NCBI GenBank assembly: GCA_041746255.1
Contig: JBGTHM010000018.1
Coordinates: 1-51,498 of the forward strand
DNA: 51,498 nucleotides
Source of the DNA: Fibrobacteria bacterium
GTDB taxonomy: Bacteria; Fibrobacterota; Fibrobacteria; UBA11236
Reading direction: 5' to 3'
Shown piece after piece: positions 50,565 to 51,498 of this stretch (position 1 is its first letter; each line of letters starts with the position of its first letter). The notes under the pieces are model-generated. The model did no database searches. It worked only from the letters and a program-made list of their open reading frames with translations, and was not told the DNA's origin. The position numbers were made by a program, and so were the translations under genes.

Positions 50565-50638
50565 GACATTTTGCAGGTAAGTATCGCCTTAGTGACTAGC
50601 GTCACCGAGGCATAAAAATGCTACTTTATGGGCGAATA

Positions 50639-51142
50639 ATGCAAATTCTAATTACAAATAAATTCAGTCACATAATTGCTATTGCAACTTTGGCTATCGC
50701 ATCCTGCACTGGTAAAAGCAGCAACCGGAATGCTGATTCACTCTCAAAAAATGAATTTTTAGATCTTTACCGGTTATCTAATCTGAGCAATGTTATTTGC
50801 AACAGAATAGAAGAAGGGACAGTAAAAAGAATTGCTATTAAGCCCAGGGTTTATGAAATGTTGAACCAATCCGAAAAAGAAATAATCGAAGAATGCTTAA
50901 TTTTAAAACGAGTAATTGTCGATACCAGTAGGACTCGGGTTTCAAGAAATTCGTACATATATGATTCGACAATTTACTTCGACTTTAGGATAATTTCTCA
51001 CGAAGGTTCCCAGTATCTTTCTGCCTGGTACCCATTGGGTTTTGGAATGGATTGTGGAACAGGAACACTTTTTGAAAAATATGAATTAATTAAAACCGAT
51101 TCGAAGTTAGTGGTTGGCGAAAAGATAGAGGATAATTTTTGA
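50639..51142 (+). CDS. AT-rich hypothetical lipoprotein (cargo of cassette 2)
   Basis: Lipobox IAS-C after a hydrophobic signal; visibly much more AT-rich than flanking genes; alternative ATG at 50618. Confidence 0.75.
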   Translation: MQILITNKFSHIIAIATLAIASCTGKSSNRNADSLSKNEFLDLYRLSNLSNVICNRIEEGTVKRIAIKPRVYEMLNQSEKEIIEECLILKRVIVDTSRTRVSRNSYIYDSTIYFDFRIISHEGSQYLSAWYPLGFGMDCGTGTLFEKYELIKTDSKLVVGEKIEDNF

Positions 51143-51181
51143 AAAATCGCCCATAAATCAACTAATGCACCTGCAAAACGC

Positions 51182-51358
51182 TCACACAACAACGCACAGG
51201 GTGCTCCGTGCGGGACAAGCCCGCACTCTGGGGCTACGCCCAAACGGTTTTTCGAGTTGGGCTGGCAGGTCACAAGGCATCCTCATGGCGCCCGCTAAGG
51301 CGGGCTTGTTCCGGTGCTCTTGTTCACTGCATGCTGCGGGCGAAGCCTACGGGGGGAC
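51182..51358 (+). repeat. attC-like site 2 (left part; interrupted by IS)
   Basis: TCACACAAC is complementary to the cassette start GTTGTGTGA; GTGCGGG-ACAAG-CCCGCAC hairpin followed by CGCCCAAA, as in site 1. Confidence 0.55.
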
Positions 51359-51498
51359 GATAACGTACGTTTTGTTTCGCAAAAATGAAGAGGCTCCTCA
51401 GTCTGATTAGATTTGAAGTTACCACACTTTAACCCTAGTTCAGAAAGAGGAGCACATGGAAAATATAATCCAAATCAACCAGGACCAAATCCGGAATC
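51359..51498 (+). mobile_element. left end of an IS256-family insertion sequence (truncated by window end)
   Basis: GATAACGTACGTTTTGTTTCGCAAAA resembles IS256-type ends as recalled; leader hairpin CTCCTC..GAGGAG; GAGGAG SD; ORF start MENIIQINQDQIRN at 51456. Confidence 0.65.

Noticed and set aside
49831..50580. Short ORFs 49831-50208 (-), 49983-50216 (+) and 50254-50580 (+)
   Set aside because: No SD, Pro/Arg/Ser-biased, and fully explained by GC-rich palindromic DNA.
49940..51358. CRISPR array or group II intron interpretation of the structured region
   Set aside because: No regularly spaced direct repeats or cas genes; no GUGYG start, domain V or reverse transcriptase ORF recognised.

Overview
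A 51.5 kb GC-rich bacterial chromosomal segment; the gene content and protein divergence tentatively suggest Fibrobacterota, but this is not verified. The left part (1-12.4 kb) carries an O-methyltransferase, a HigBA-type toxin-antitoxin pair, dtd, eno and several envelope or secreted proteins. From 12.4 to 27 kb there is a complete nitrate-assimilation locus transcribed from two divergent sigma54 promoters: nrtABCD, a NasS-like protein and an outer-membrane barrel on the minus strand; NirA, a CysJ-like diflavin, a DmsB-DmsC fusion and NarB/NasA on the plus strand. Both leaders carry the same ~30-nt element. The 27-42 kb stretch is housekeeping: rnr, a hybrid kinase, glgM-glgE, ptsP, a stand-alone dnaA, a squalene/phytoene synthase and lspA. 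A type I Wadjet (jetABCD) occupies 42-48.7 kb. The most interesting part is 48.7-51.5 kb: a tyrosine recombinase that appears to lack the IntI-specific insert, followed in the same orientation by what looks like a non-canonical integron-like array. The array comprises an attI-like site, an ORF-less and intensely folded cassette, a ~245-bp branched attC-like site, an AT-rich lipoprotein cassette, and a second attC-like site cut by an IS256-family element at the window end. All calls come from reading the sequence; no database searches or folding programs were run.
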